This document shows positions 1 through 13,199 of a stretch of 64,000 nucleotides of DNA, one piece after another. A program made the translations under genes and the position numbers. Each line of letters starts with the position of its first letter. Position 1 is the stretch's first letter. The stretch is taken from positions 15,004,001 to 15,068,000 of the forward strand of contig CM119378.1 of NCBI GenBank assembly GCA_051294905.1, in the 5' to 3' direction. Below the pieces are notes generated by a model. It made no database searches, was not told where the DNA came from, and saw only the letters and a program-made list of their open reading frames with translations. Source of the DNA: Botryllus schlosseri (lineage: Eukaryota).

Positions 1-640
1 GAGTGCCATTCCGAGGTGGTTTACAATCAACGCTGTTGAGGATATGCTGAAGGGCGGCCATTCGTGCCTTGCAACTACATGCAATCGGCAGAGGTGCGCA
101 TGAATCATTGAACTATACATCAGCGCCGTTGCAATGCGGCAAATCAATATCCCGCAACGCTACCATCGTACGTAACACCTCAACACTAGCCTCGTGACGC
201 CCTAACTTTAAATCCGCGGTCGCAAAGTGCGCTGATTGTGTCGCAAAGGTTTTTGTCAATTGCGAAATGGGAATTTCACAACTCCGGACAGGGTTTATTG
301 AAGGACATCGGTCGGCCGCGCAAACAATGTGGTGCCAGAACAATGCACTATTATGAAATAGCCTTCCTTTGTAAACAGACTTGAGTTTAGTGGAGTACAA
401 TACAAGGCAGGTCAAAAACTGTGCGATGCTATAGCCTGGAATGGTTGTAGCGATCGATTGCATCATGATTCATTGGGCAGGAGAAATCTCCTAGTTACCA
501 CATACATATATTGCAGCTACAATGGGTAAAGACATTTTTCAACACCGAGCATAGTGAACATGCGACACCGTTACCATATTGGTGACATGAAGATGCCCCC
601 AATTCATTTTCGTGCATACTAGCTTAAAGCTACAACAAAC

Positions 641-2835
641 CTGTCAGAATCTCTAAAGATGAATTTTCGTAGTTTTAGGTCTCGAAGCACAATGTTGTTT
701 TTGTGGCAGTGATCCACCGCCTTCGCTACCTGAACGAACAGAGTAGCTGCGTCTTCTTCCGAAAGACACCTTCGGGTTCTTGTCAAGTTATGGAGATTGT
801 CGACTTTGAAACCTGAAGCAGGACAGCGCGGATTTGATGAATACTATCCACCGTACCATTCAAATGCTAAATTTATATCCTTAGGCGACATTCAAGTAGG
901 GAGGTTCACAAATATTCACCCCCGACAATGTCACTATTGAGCATCAAACCAAGAAAATGTGACCCCTGATCTTATGTCACACAATTATAATTATACCTCA
1001 ATCGTCTGCCATTAGCAGGTCTGATGGTGGAATAGGATGTATTGCAGTAGTCATTGAAGGCGGCTGATATGGTGATTGTTTATATAGAAGATTAACCATG
1101 CATGCAGATTAGAGTAATCCATAATCCCAAAAATATTTGTACCCCCATGAACCACCATATCAAATGCAAGTTTATGCACTAGCCTATTGGTCATATATGC
1201 TAGCCCCAGGTTGCAAGTTGCAACAGGAAAATTACTTGTAAAGCACCAAGGAGGTTGACATTTACTGGAATTTCAATCGCCACTGCCACAGGCTACAACT
1301 ATCTCATGTAATTACTTATTACCTGGTGGTAGTAGGTAAATTTGGAATAAGGTCTCACAAGGACGGCTAGGTCATTATGATCATTCATGGGTATTGGTAA
1401 CACAAGTGAACTGATGAACAATCGGGTTCAGATCAATCTGTGAAATAGAGCTTATTTAATGTAGCCTATAATTTGCACTGGTTTTGTGAGAAAACAAATG
1501 AGATGACTGCTGGTAATAACTTTAGTCTGAGTAAACACCCTAATTAATATTTGAGGGCTTGTCACGGATTCCATACTTCACATAAGCGTAGATAACAATT
1601 CAAATGTTACAGTAATCCATAAAACTTAAATTTACCATCACTTTAAAATTTAGATAGATATAGGTACTTTGTCATAATGCTGTGTACGCTTGATTAGCTT
1701 TAAATCAGAAAGTAACATCAAACGATATGATATGTTGTATTCATCGATTCCAACGCTCTATGCAAAAACACTTGAAAAAGCTATTGATTCAGTTCATGGT
1801 TAAGGTCATGTCAGTGGATTAGGCATGAGTCATAGAGATAAAACAGATACACAGGTCAGCAGGCGACAGCAGCTCTACGTCACCATACGAATAACAGGGA
1901 AACAAAGGCTTAAGGTACTGAGTTCAAATCTACTCTGTTGGTCATTTGTATACGATTTACAACAAAAAAATCTGATGATACATGAAATTTTATGTCCTAT
2001 TTCCACTCTGCACAACATGACAGACGAATGATTGAGAACGTATTAGGAGAATCGTAGAACTAGTAACAAAATCAACAATAGTTACCATACGAATGAATGA
2101 ATGAGCAAACTATGTGACGCCAGAGAAATGCAAACAACAGAAATATACTAACATGCAGATTTGGAATCAACTTTCTCTGAAGGGTTGGGTTCTTGTGGCA
2201 TTCCGGGTTGAAAAAAGAGATATGTGCTGGTGAGACCATGAACCATGTCAACAATGCTGTTGACGTTTGCATGTGGCTCAATTTCAAGATATGGACCCAT
2301 AGCTTTCATCCACTCGTCTTTATTAAATACCTGAAAGTAAAAAAAAGGATTAAAGTTAATGGCAGGAAGTGCACTTTCGTTGACCTACGAGTATATCTAT
2401 TGCGTGGATATAATTGTGACGTCACCATTAGGTTTTCATTATAGTCGTATGCTAATTTAAGCAATTAGGCACTAGCATTAAAATTATAAAACATACCTTG
2501 CAAATGAACTCCATTTCACTGATTATATTGACGGCCCTGAAAACATTTCCATTATTGAGACCCTCTACTTGTTCCACGAGGATGTAATCGCCGATTCTCG
2601 AGGCTTCGTGGGAACCGTCAGGAACGAAAGTCGGTGGTGTCGGCGATGAAAGGTGCGGGGAAGAGGTATATCCATTTTTAGCAGATCCCGTGAACGATTC
2701 CTTGATTCTTGTAATTGTGTCGTGCCGCTGGCGAGGGGGTAATGAGCTATTGTTAAGTGATAAACCATTTCGCGGTCGGGTAATGCCATTAGGTCGCTCA
2801 ATAGCGATTGGCTGTGACCGTGTAATTTGAGACAT
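641..2835 (-). CDS. TRIB2: Tribbles homolog pseudokinase, 5' part (exons 2835-2497, 2330-2153, 812-641; remainder beyond the left edge)
   Basis: Spliced translation MSQITRSQPIAI...IGDYILVEQVEG..VFRAV..EFICK|VFNKDEWMKAMGPYLEIEPHANVNSIVDMVHGLTSTYLFF...|FKVDNLHNLTRTRRCLSEEDAATLFVQVAKAVDHCHKNNIVLRDLKLRKFIFRDSDR matches vertebrate TRIB2, including the diagnostic LRDLKLRKF loop. Introns are GT-AG with consistent phases 0, 1, 2. Paralogue-level symbol is approximate. Confidence 0.93.
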
Positions 2836-3672
2836 GAGTAGAAGTCGTATTCGTTGATTGCTAGCAGCTTGACAGGCACGCTACTTTATAAGAAAGTCCA
2901 CGTCCTCTCACAGTGAGAAAATGGCAACAAACATTGGGTGATTTCGAAATTTCTGAGCTTTTTGAGGGCGAGGTTCGGACGCAATTTTGGCTTGGCTTCC
3001 GTGCCAAGTGCTGTCGAAATCGTCGGCGTAAAGTACGACGGCGACCAAAGCGAGGAAAGATGTAACGGAAAATAGGTCCTCGAACACTTTATGTGCCCTC
3101 GCTCGCTACTTCCTCGGCCTATACGGTCAACCCTCACTGGGTTAAACCGCTATCCATATTTACTGTTTCTGAAAGTAATATAACATCAAGGTCAATACTG
3201 AACTGAAGAAACTATACTCCAACGATATACAGGATACTTAACATACCAAAATTCCGTGGAAACTTCTAAAAAAAGACTGAAATCCTGCCGCAAAGAAGCC
3301 CATAGCTACGAAACTTTTATATCAGACATAAGCAAAACGGAATAGTAAAACCGTCTACTACTACTTCAATACAACTCCGTATTTTGCTTCGACGCCCACC
3401 GTATTCATGCGCGCAGCGACTGGCATAAACACTGTCTGGATTAGGCACTGTACGAAATTGTATAGCCAGGCATTGATAGCCATATTACAGAGGATTTCAT
3501 TTCGCGACATTTGTACATCTCAAATTATTCTAACTCCCTGTCAGAAAGAGCGTCATATTATGAATCGAAAACAGTCTCGTACTATTTTCTATGAAATTCG
3601 AACTGAAGAAACATCAAGTCCCCGCCAGGCTCACACCTCGCAACAAAAAGAAACGGCGTCGAGAACGAGAAG

Positions 3673-3945
3673 GTTGCGTCATTTGGTGATGTGTATGAAT
3701 AGATGACAGGAATTTGTTACGCAATGCCAGGCTATAATCGCTGCGCGTTTTTTGTCTTCTCTCGTTCTTTCGCAATGCCACTTGCGCAATCCCGCAAATG
3801 GAATAAACCCAGATCACATCGGCTATTTTAACTTACGCAATGCCGACCATGGTCATCGAAGTTTGGATATATTTCAACTTCCAGCGGCCATATCATGATG
3901 CAGACCGTGGTTGATTAGGATTGCAGAGAGCGAAAATTGCGAAAG
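3673..3945. promoter_or_regulatory. Cluster of C/EBP and C/EBP-ATF-like sites about 0.85-1.1 kb upstream of the Tribbles ATG
   Basis: GTTGCGTCAT 3673, GTTACGCAAT 3716, CTTTCGCAAT 3767, CTTGCGCAAT 3781, CTTACGCAAT 3832 and ATTGCGAAAG 3936 all resemble RTTRCGCAAY or the TGACGCAA composite. Confidence 0.55.
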
Positions 3946-4283
3946 ATTGTTATGAAAGTGATGTTTCATGTGGTCAAACATGGGTGTTTGAAATCGCAAA
4001 CTTACGCCTACTCAACGCCCCCATTTCTCCACAAAAGACCGAGAGAATTGTACACGCGCACGGGCGTAAACTCAATATCTCTGTTTGAACCCGAGTACGT
4101 TACATCCTGCATGTACCGGAATTACTTCATTTTCGTCATTATTTTACGGAGAAGCCCGAAGCCTGTATTGCAACACACGCCCGTGCATTATACTTCTATA
4201 AAGTAGGAAGTCACCGGTTTTGTGCAAGCGATGTCTCGTAGGGTAGTCTATTGTATTTTAGGTGGGGTGAAAATAAAGGCACC

Positions 4284-4311
4284 CTCTCTCTCTCTTTCTC
4301 TCTCTCTCTCT
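4284..4311. repeat. (CT)n microsatellite
   Basis: ctctctctctctttctctctctctctc. Confidence 0.9.
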
Positions 4312-4502
4312 CGTGGGAAAATAGATAATTCTGTTCATTTAAATCCCCTTCGAGATCAACGATCATCCAAATTTTCCCGGGATTGATACAAAGAATAATG
4401 TTCTGCCCTCAGTTTCGTTGATTCGCAGAAAACGACAGTTGTGGAGAAAAGCGACTTGACTTGAGGCTCCTACCTCCTACGTCAATTTGCAGGCCGTAGG
4501 GT

Positions 4503-5600
4503 TCAAGTTCAAGTTTATTCATGAAATTTCACCATTTCAAAACATCACAAGCCTGCGATACAATGAAAGATAGGACTAATGGACGTGAATGTTTGTGGAC
4601 ATTGCCTATACTATAGTTCGTGGTTGACGAACGACTCGGAGTAGTGTTTGAGATCAGACACCCACCTGGGCCTAGGCGATGTAAATAGGAGGCATGCACA
4701 CTGCATGAAAGTATAAGAAGATGATATAAACTGATAAGCGGCAAAATCAGGTGAGGTGGCCTCTGACGAAAGGCGAGATGGATGTCAGGTCGTGGTCCGG
4801 TAAATACGGAGGGATGACTAGTATTCATTCAGAAGAAATTGCTTGTATTTCGACTTGAATGTGGACACTGGACACGTGGACACTGGACAGTAGGGCTCTT
4901 CAAAAATGACTTTTTTTCTCAAATCGCACTGGCTACTTGATAAAATTGTTAGGTTACCTAATTTAAGCCTACACACCAAATTTGGTTCAATTCCAACCAG
5001 TAGCCGCATTGCTACAGGAGAAGAAAGTTTCTATTCATTATATAAAAATAAATAACAAAAAATTTGAAAATTTTCTGCTTACCCCATGAAAGTCTATAGA
5101 AACGATGCTCACCAAATTTGGTTCAATTCCAACCAGTGGAAGCGGAGTTATTGCCGTCGGAAAATTTGGATTGCGAATAAAATAGTATTTACGGTGACCA
5201 ATTCTTTAATTATTTATTATAGTGGTGCCCACCGTAAATACTATTTTATTGAAATCCAAATTTTTCGACGACAATAACCCCGCTTCTACTGGTTGGAATT
5301 GAACCAAATTTGGTGAACATCGTTCCTATAGACAACCTAACACTTTCATGGGGTGAACAGAAAAATTTCAAATTTTTTGTTATTTATTTTTATATAATAA
5401 ATAGAAACTTTCATCTCCTGTAGCAATGCGGCTACTGGTTGGAATTGAACCAAATTTGGTGTGTAAGCTTAAATTAGGTAACCTAACAATTTTATCAAGT
5501 AGCCAGTGCGATTTGAGAAAAAAAGTCATTTTTGAAGAGCCCTACTGGACAGACATGCTCGAAGACTGTCGGATATGGCGAGGTTGCCGGCACAGGGCAC
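4503..5600 (-). mobile_element. CR1/L2-type LINE 3' end, interrupted by the MITE at 4891-5544
   Basis: Minus strand encodes ...AIRQSSSM/STFKSKYKQFLLNEY, matching copies at 13.8k and 40k, followed by a 3' UTR and an AATAAACTTGAACTTGAAC tail. Confidence 0.75.
4891..5544. mobile_element. Palindromic hAT-type MITE, 654 bp
   Basis: Ends TAGGGCTCTTCAAAAATGAC...GTCATTTTTGAAGAGCCCTA; arms inverted along almost the whole length; exact 8-bp TSD CTGGACAG at 4883-4890 and 5545-5552. Confidence 0.92.
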
Positions 5601-8504
5601 ACAGATAAACGTTTTGCAGAAGGATAATAATTTTGTTCAGTAGTGCTTCGATAGTGTCAAAGAATCCTACTTTATTGTTATTAGCTCTAAATATTAATTT
5701 TATTTAATATCGTCGTGAAGTAGTGTAGTGGTGGATCTGAAAGAAATATCGCCACCAAACCAATTTTCTTGCCAGTGGCAATCCAGGAGCACATTATCGA
5801 AGTAACTATTGAACGTAAATTTCGAGATTGGCATAAATAAAAGCCCTTTGAACGGAGAAAGTGCCCAGTTTATTTGCATCTTCCATCGATCGGCATGGTT
5901 GTTTTCCGCAAGTGGAGCCGCGCGCCATTGTACGAAATCTATGCTGCGCTGCTAGCGACGCGAAAGGACGTGTTAGGCCTACCTTAGACTAATAATTCTT
6001 GAACGGATGTGATAATACCATGTAGTGTACCAATTTACGTCCCGATGCGATTTTCATTATGGGTAGCACATCTCAGCGTACGCCGCCTGTAAGAGACTAT
6101 AACAAGTAATTCGTCAATATGTTCCAGGTCAAGTTAGAAAATCGCAGAAGGCGACATTTCTACCCCATCATCTCATAGTATCTAGATATCATGCTTCATG
6201 CACGACTATGATCGTATTACAATTTGTGGACGAAAATGAGCCAATAGAAATCAGCTTTCGCTAGTTGCTCGTGGTTAGGCTACTATTTTTTCATAGCTGT
6301 TGAAGTGTTGATACAATCTCTATCCTATGCCGCTATAAATAACACTTCTATTTGCTCCGGGAATATTCCATTAGTGTTGTGTTGCAGACATGAGGCGATT
6401 AGCCTACTGCGACAGTGTAATCCAGGGATGTCAAACTCATCATGGTCCGCGGGCCGGATTCGAACCCTTTGATCGCCACCCGGCCGGACCATTAAAATGA
6501 TGCCAAAATGTGACCTCCAAATCCATGCCTTTAATTTCACAGGAATACGAATCCCTTTGTTATCAGGCCTATACATATACACTATAAAATTTGGCTACTC
6601 GTCATAGGCCAGGACATCCCCTTTATTCGCAATTAACGGAATAGGCAAAATACGATGATTGACCGATCCCATACAGTTGTAAACCACCATCGACGACATA
6701 AGTTGGGATATTATATACGATCCCTTCGGTGTGACGTTGGCCCTGCACATGCGTAGTGACGACCAACAGAGATTTAACTGTGAAAGCGGAGGTTGTAATT
6801 CGGTTAATTATCATCACAACACCATTCGAGTTTCTATAGAGGTTGGAAACGTTTAGAGTATGAAATTATACATCAGTGCGACCACAGATATTTGCATTAT
6901 ATCATCTGTGTAACTATAATATTTCCCTTGTATGTACTATTAAGTTATACGGAATGGCGTTTTGGCTTTTCTATGTAACTATCATTTGGTTCATTTTTCC
7001 AGAAGACTTTGAAATCAGTCTGCACTCTTTTTCCTTCTCGCAGTTTTGTGTCATTGTCACCGACTTGTTTATAATGGTGAATAGAGTGAAAATGCCCCGT
7101 AACCTTTGATACAAATGTGCTCGATAACACCAAGTATTTTTCATGTACCCAGAATTTCTTCGCGTCTGGGATTGTCTGGCAGGTCGTATATTTGATCCCT
7201 GCCGTAATCAATTGCGATTACGATTACCATTACGTAGAAGAGTAATCATGATTATTCACGATTCTTCAAACTCAAGATCAACACATATTCGAAGATCAAT
7301 TATTAAGATTGTGCTAAATTTACAGATATTTGATCGTTGTGAAATCATCATCATCAACTTTATTGCCTATACGATTTATCGCGTTTACTAATTTTCATTG
7401 TAGCCTAGCGGTGTCAAACATACGGTCCCCCTCCCCTGATCGATTTCGTTCGACTAGCGGAGGAATACTGAAGAAATGAAAATATGCTTGTATTATCCAG
7501 CTCATGTTTATCCATAGTTGAAGGTTACATTTACAAGATATTTCCACGCAAATAGGTTCCAAGACCGCAAATGTCGAACATGTTCATTGTGTGCCATGAC
7601 AACATTCCGCAGGCAATCTTGCGTTTTCACTCTGCTCACCATCAGTAACAAGTCTGTGACATCGACATCGGCAGCGTAGAAAATTGCACAAGCACATGCA
7701 GTTCAGAGTTTTCAGGAAGGACGAACCGAAATCCTTATAGTAATTATTCACTTTCTTTGGTGTGGTGAGTTGATTCATTACGATGGGTCAATGACGTTTT
7801 TATGCCGCAACTCGAAATATAATCCGTATAAACCCGAATGTTGACTCAATAACAATATCTCGTTGAATAATATACACCCAATTCGAAGAGCACGCGTTTA
7901 CTATAAAATCTGTTATACATTCTTCACAACGCATGCGCACTACGCACATATGCTCAGGGTCAAGGCCACATGACGACTAAAACAAAGAGAACATAGAAAT
8001 ATGTTAAATTCTGTCGCCGTGACCCGCAGATTAGAACAACTCTGATTTAGTGGTTTAGTACCTTATTCAATCGGCAAATCATTTGAATTTTACCAATATC
8101 ATTGTTTGTGTAAAATGTGTTGTTAGAATAGAGCGACCGTGATGCGTAGTATTAGAAATATGAATATGCTTGAAAAAGAAGCATTCCACAGATAACCAAA
8201 GGTATAACATGGTATTGTAGGCCTGGGTATGAACATTCTGGCATCATTTGATTAGTCCTGCCCTCAAGCGATCAAAATTGAGTTTGACACCTCTGTTCTA
8301 GCAAGATCTAGACCTAGAGCTATCTGCGGCTTATTGTAAATACATTTATCATCACCTGTACAACGAGTATGATTTAAGAACTTAATGCATCAGAACGAAG
8401 TACATTGACGTTTGGAAATTGGCTTGCACGATTTTATTCCTTGATGGTGTATATTCTGTTATTTCTACCGAGTTGTGACCTTGAAATGCATAAGGAAAGG
8501 ACGT

Positions 8505-8812
8505 AGTTTATTTTTGTCCTTGATGTTTTTTTGCGGCATATCGACTCATGATACACATACACACGATCTGTGCATATGCATACCATGAATGCATGACGTG
8601 CATATGCCGCTGGACAAGGAAGTGCAGATATAGCCTTTGCGGCTTTCTAAGTCATGCACCACCCCTCCATGCTATCCCAGTAATGCATGAGCGCCAAGCA
8701 GGGAAGTCATGGATACCAGTGTTACTAATCAGGTCTTTGGTCTGACCCGGCCGGGGATCGAACCCACGACCTACCCATCAAGAAGCCGGACGCTTCACCA
8801 TTACGCTATCTT
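8505..8812 (-). mobile_element. tRNA-derived SINE
   Basis: Minus strand has a tRNA-like head with A box (TAGCGTAATGG) and B box (GGTTCGATCCC), then the CAGACCAAAGAC...CTTCCCTGCTTGGCGCTCA core typical of marine deuterostome SINEs, and an A-rich tail. A tail fragment recurs near 31880. Confidence 0.8.
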
Positions 8813-10370
8813 GGACTCTATCAGAGTAAAAAGGTCATGTCATGAGCGAGAGAGCGACCGCACGTCGGTTGTGTGAGTACTTAACAAAACATCTATTTGA
8901 CGATGTTAGGGGGTAGGGTCACTAGGGTGACATTTGATACTTGGATCATTGGCTAAGGGGGCGTTGTGTATTGGACGAAGCTGTATGAAGTTATTAACTA
9001 TAGAAAGTCGGGTTTGGAAACCTCACTCCTCACAATTCTGTCATCATGTTGAGTAAAAGTCATCAATCGCGTCGCAACAAATCATCTCCACCACGACACG
9101 TGTTGGCATGATTCATCAAATTTTGTCAAAATTGTAGCGTTGGGTAAAATATTGTCAAAATTGTTTACAAAGTCAAATTTGTTTGCAACTTGCATTTCGT
9201 TTGTATCACACATGTTTGCACTGTCGGTGAACTTATCATTTTACATTTACAGCTTGTAGCCTACTTTATGTAGGTCTGCCGTTGTAGACGGCCTATTGTC
9301 TGCTCATTGTGAATCATAAACAGTCAAATGAAACAAATAGGTTGACATGGTCTTCTGCTCATTGCTCAACGTACCGCAATATCCTGGCTGAAGCAAGACT
9401 GCGTGGAGATCGGCTCTTATATCAAGAAGCGCATAATGAAATATTGTGATGTAGACAAGATTGTCAGAATGAAGCAACATGGTGTGTCACCAGCAGTGTA
9501 CGCACAACTTCAGTGTTGTCAGCTGCTTAGTAAGGATAGACACTTTCTACCCGAGAACGTAAGAAAGTTTCTTTCGTTCTACTACAACAATCCAGATTTC
9601 GTTCAAAATAAAGTTTTTCCATGTAAAAATTTGTCAGCTTTCAAGTCAAAAAATGTTTTTCAGGCCAAACTACAGATAGTTCCAACCAGAAATGAAGATA
9701 AGTAGTATAATTCTAACGTTATGTGTGAAAACACCTGATTTACATGCATGAGGTCAAAGTTTTGTCAAAATTAAGTTTCTCAAAGTCACAAAATTGGTCA
9801 AATATTCCGTTTTTTAGGTAAGAAAAATCGCCCTATTCATCAGTAATTATCGGTATCGGCCATTAGAGGTGAAAATGATCGTCAATTTTCGTGACGTCAC
9901 AATATGGTGGGAGGAAGACAGAAAACTAAAATCCTTGACCACTAGACTGATAATATTGCTGTATTCAATATAGCTTACACTTTCAAAGTGTCTAGATGCA
10001 GCGTTTTTAGTTTATTTCATGTTCGAGTACAACAATGGATGTAAAGCCATTGAAATATATACTCTGTAGTTTTTGAAAATGCGCCTTTAGAGATAGATTC
10101 CACCTTATTTGAATATCGGCTGATCCGCCACATGATCTGCATAAGGAAGTGGTGTCTTAAAAAGCCTAGAAGTGACGAGCCGTGCTACAAGTCGGTAAAT
10201 GCGGAGACATAATAAAGAATATCTGCCAAGTGTAAAATGATCAATGTAGTCGAAACACCATGAATGTCAAACAACAACAAGTCACAGCGAATTTTTACTC
10301 CAAGTCAAAGTAAGTACTTTCAAAATTGTCCAAGTCAAGTCGCGCAAATTTTTCAAAGTGACTCGAGTCA

Positions 10371-10500
10371 TCATCATCATCATTGGTTTATTTGCAATTT
10401 TATCAGTTCAATACACCACAAAAAAATGCGATACAATGAAAAGACAGGAAGGTGTCGAAGCGACAAGGAGCAGTCTATGGAATCTGACACCCACCTCAAG
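10371..10500 (-). mobile_element. 5'-truncated LINE 3' end with (TGA)n tail
   Basis: Reverse complement matches 40370-40475 and 46405-46470; ends AATAAACCAATGATGATGATG. Confidence 0.75.
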
Positions 10501-11233
10501 GCAAGACATCTAAAATCTTCCGATTTCGAGTAGATTTCAAGGCAACAAATATTTCCAGTTTGTGTCGTTTCATTTAAAGTCGATACAAGTCACTGTTAAT
10601 TTATGGACGTTGCTGAAAAATACTGTGTAGTGTGTGGTTTTTGATTTCACCGTAGGTATCTACTATCTAGCGCCTACCATGTTTCGATGATGGCTGTTCT
10701 GCACTAAATGCCGAATTATTTTCGCTTTGATTGATCGCCAGCGCCACCACGCAGTTATAATCAACGGTAAATACTCCATACACTTTGCTACTACAATATT
10801 ATATAGTCTACTTCCAAGCACAGTTGGATTAGACATTATTAGGCCTGTCAAAAATTTTGTCCGGGCTATAAAATAATATATCCAATATTTTTCGTATTTA
10901 TCGGGTAATGAAAAAGTACTGGCCCCTATTTTTATTCAATTTTTCAAATATTGCCCATCGTTGGACCATATATGGCAGAAGGGAACGGGAACATCGAATA
11001 AGCCTTCACTGAGAAAATTGTTGCTGACAATTCGTCGCTAACCATTCCATATCATGATAGACTTTTTGTCCTCGGCAATCAACAGGAGTTTAACCCACTC
11101 TGCGGACTGGTTTTAAAACTAAATTTCTTTTTCGTATCTGTCTTCATAACAACACATGTCCTAAGCAAATAATTATTATTGAAGCTCATCATCATCATTT
11201 TGTAAAATTTTTCATCAAATCAATAGCCTGCAC

Positions 11234-13102
11234 CAGTGGTTCTTGACCTTTTTTCCTCCAGCGCCCCCTTTCAAATATTATCGTGCTCCAGCGCCCCCCA
11301 ACCTCATATTGTAAGGAATGTTATAAAGACAATGAGTAAGAGGGAGGGCCGTAACAGCACTTCGTCAACCCCCCTAAAATCAATTGCCCTGCGCCCCCAT
11401 AGCGTGATAAAGCAAACTTCTGAGGGCTTCGCTCCCAAGAACCCCGTAGCGTGATTTCGATGGTCAGCAAAGTTTGTGTGGCCTGGTCGCCCTAGGTAAC
11501 AAAATTTTCTATAATGCATGAATGAATAGGTGTTAATTACATATATAAGTCGCTACAAACTTTTTATCCTCTCAGCCCACGTAATCAGATTTACCAGTAG
11601 CGCTGAGTGAGCTGTTGTATTGGAAAATAAAGGGCACGTTATTAATAATTAAACATATTCGGGCGTGCCCGTAGGTACAATTAATTCGTTACTAGGGCCG
11701 TAACAGCACTTCGTCAGCCCCCCCCCTAAAAAAACGTTGGTATTGGGCACCCAATCGGGTGATAAACCAAACTTCCGGGGGGGCTTCGACCCCAGACCCC
11801 CGTTCGACTGTCCGCTTGCTGATACTAGTCATCTACATTGGGTGTCCATTTACTGAGCCAGCTATTCTCGCCTAGACGCGCGAAACGCGAAAAATTTCAA
11901 TAATTAATGATTGAATTGGTCAATATGATCGGGAATTGCATGTATATTGATATCAATTTTCCTTCTCTCTGTTCACGTAAACAAATTTACCGGTAGAGCT
12001 GAGTGATGTGTGATTGAAAAGGTAGGACCCCTCGATAATAATTATACATCTTCGAGCGTATACTCGCTGGCGGGAACGAAACGGCATTTCGTCAGGCCCC
12101 CCGAAAAAACTTGGGTCTTGGGTTCCCGTAGGGTGATAAACCGACCAACCCCCCATCTCGTTGTTCGCTTTTGCCACGAAATCAGCTGTACTGTTTAGCG
12201 AGCCAGTGCGAAACGCGAAAATTTTCGATAATTCCTGATAAAATCGGTCAATAAGATCGGCAATTGCATATATATTGCTATCAATTTTTTGTCCTCTCTG
12301 CTCACGTTGCCATATTTACCGGTAGAGCTGAGTGAGGTGCAATGTTCCCTCTAAGCTGCGCACGTGCGCAGTGCTGACACGGTCTCTGCGCACAGAAAAT
12401 CTACATTGCGCACAACAAATCCGAAGTTATGACCTTTTTTTAGTCGTTTCGCACTGTTGTCCAAGGGTCTGCACAGTGAGTTGTTGAGTGTGCGCAGACT
12501 CGTCAACGCGTAGAGGGAACATTGTGAGGGGTCTTGGAAACTGTAGGGCCCGTAACTAATAATTAATCATATTCGGGCGGGCGGACCCGTTGGTATGACT
12601 TCGTTGCATGATGTTATTTCGTGACCTCCTGTCTGCTATATCAAAAAATATAGAATCGCCCAACAGGGATACCGCCCAACAGGGATATCGCCCAACAGGG
12701 ATATCGCCCAACAGGTATATCTAGTTCTATACATCCATGTCGCCCAATCGTACTAAACTAAAAAACGCACACGATTTCAAATTGGTATTTTTTCACTGGC
12801 ATATAATTTTTCCCTGCCAGTTGGAATTCGTCTTCTGAGGTTCAGATTGCCAAGACAGGAACATTCGGTGCCAGTCATTTAGGCGCCCATAGACAATTAA
12901 ACCTATATGTCTTTTGTAGAAGTTTTCGGTGTTAATTTGCTCTGAATACTCATTAAGGATATTTCCTACCACCACATCATCTGCTGCGAAGCCATTTTTC
13001 TCCAGCGCCCCCCATATCGCCTCCTGAGCGTTTCCGCCCACTTCAAAATCGCCAGCGCCCCTGGGGGGGGGGGGGGGCTGGAGGTAAGGTTAAGAACCAC
13101 TG
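11234..13102. mobile_element. Composite hAT-type non-autonomous element with internal ~350-bp tandem units and a nested MITE (12340-12524)
   Basis: TIRs CAGTGGTTCTT/AAGAACCACTG; TSD GCCTGCAC/GCCTACAC (1 mismatch); repeat units start near 11345, 11695 and 12070; nested TIR CAATGTTCCCTCT/AGAGGGAACATTG. Confidence 0.75.
12655..12718 (+). repeat. 16-bp tandem repeat, 4 copies (ATCGCCCAACAGGGAT)
   Basis: Directly adjacent units with no spacers; probably the subterminal repeat of a MITE fragment. Confidence 0.85.
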
Positions 13103-13199
13103 GCCTACACTATACGATTGCGATTTTATGAAAAGATAGGATAGGGTGCCGAAACGACTTGGAGTAGTCTTTTAATCAGGCACCCACCTTGGCCTGCAA

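Noticed and set aside
113-466. 117-aa minus-strand ORF as a continuation of Tribbles
   Set aside because: It lacks the expected SLE/HGCPAYVSPE motifs in the frames I read; it lies in intron 3 and looks non-coding.
2565-2879. Out-of-frame ORF overlapping the Tribbles start, a possible regulatory uORF
   Set aside because: It starts at GTG rather than ATG and is simply an alternative frame of Tribbles exon 1.
6423-8295. Single 1.9-kb Charlie-like element with a decayed transposase
   Set aside because: TIR-like ends are present, but the 8-bp flanks do not match (GTGTAATC vs TTCTAGCA) and transposase similarity was too weak to support by eye.
12655-12718. CRISPR-like array (also 58657-58820)
   Set aside because: The repeats are contiguous with no unique spacers, there are no cas genes, and the context is eukaryotic.
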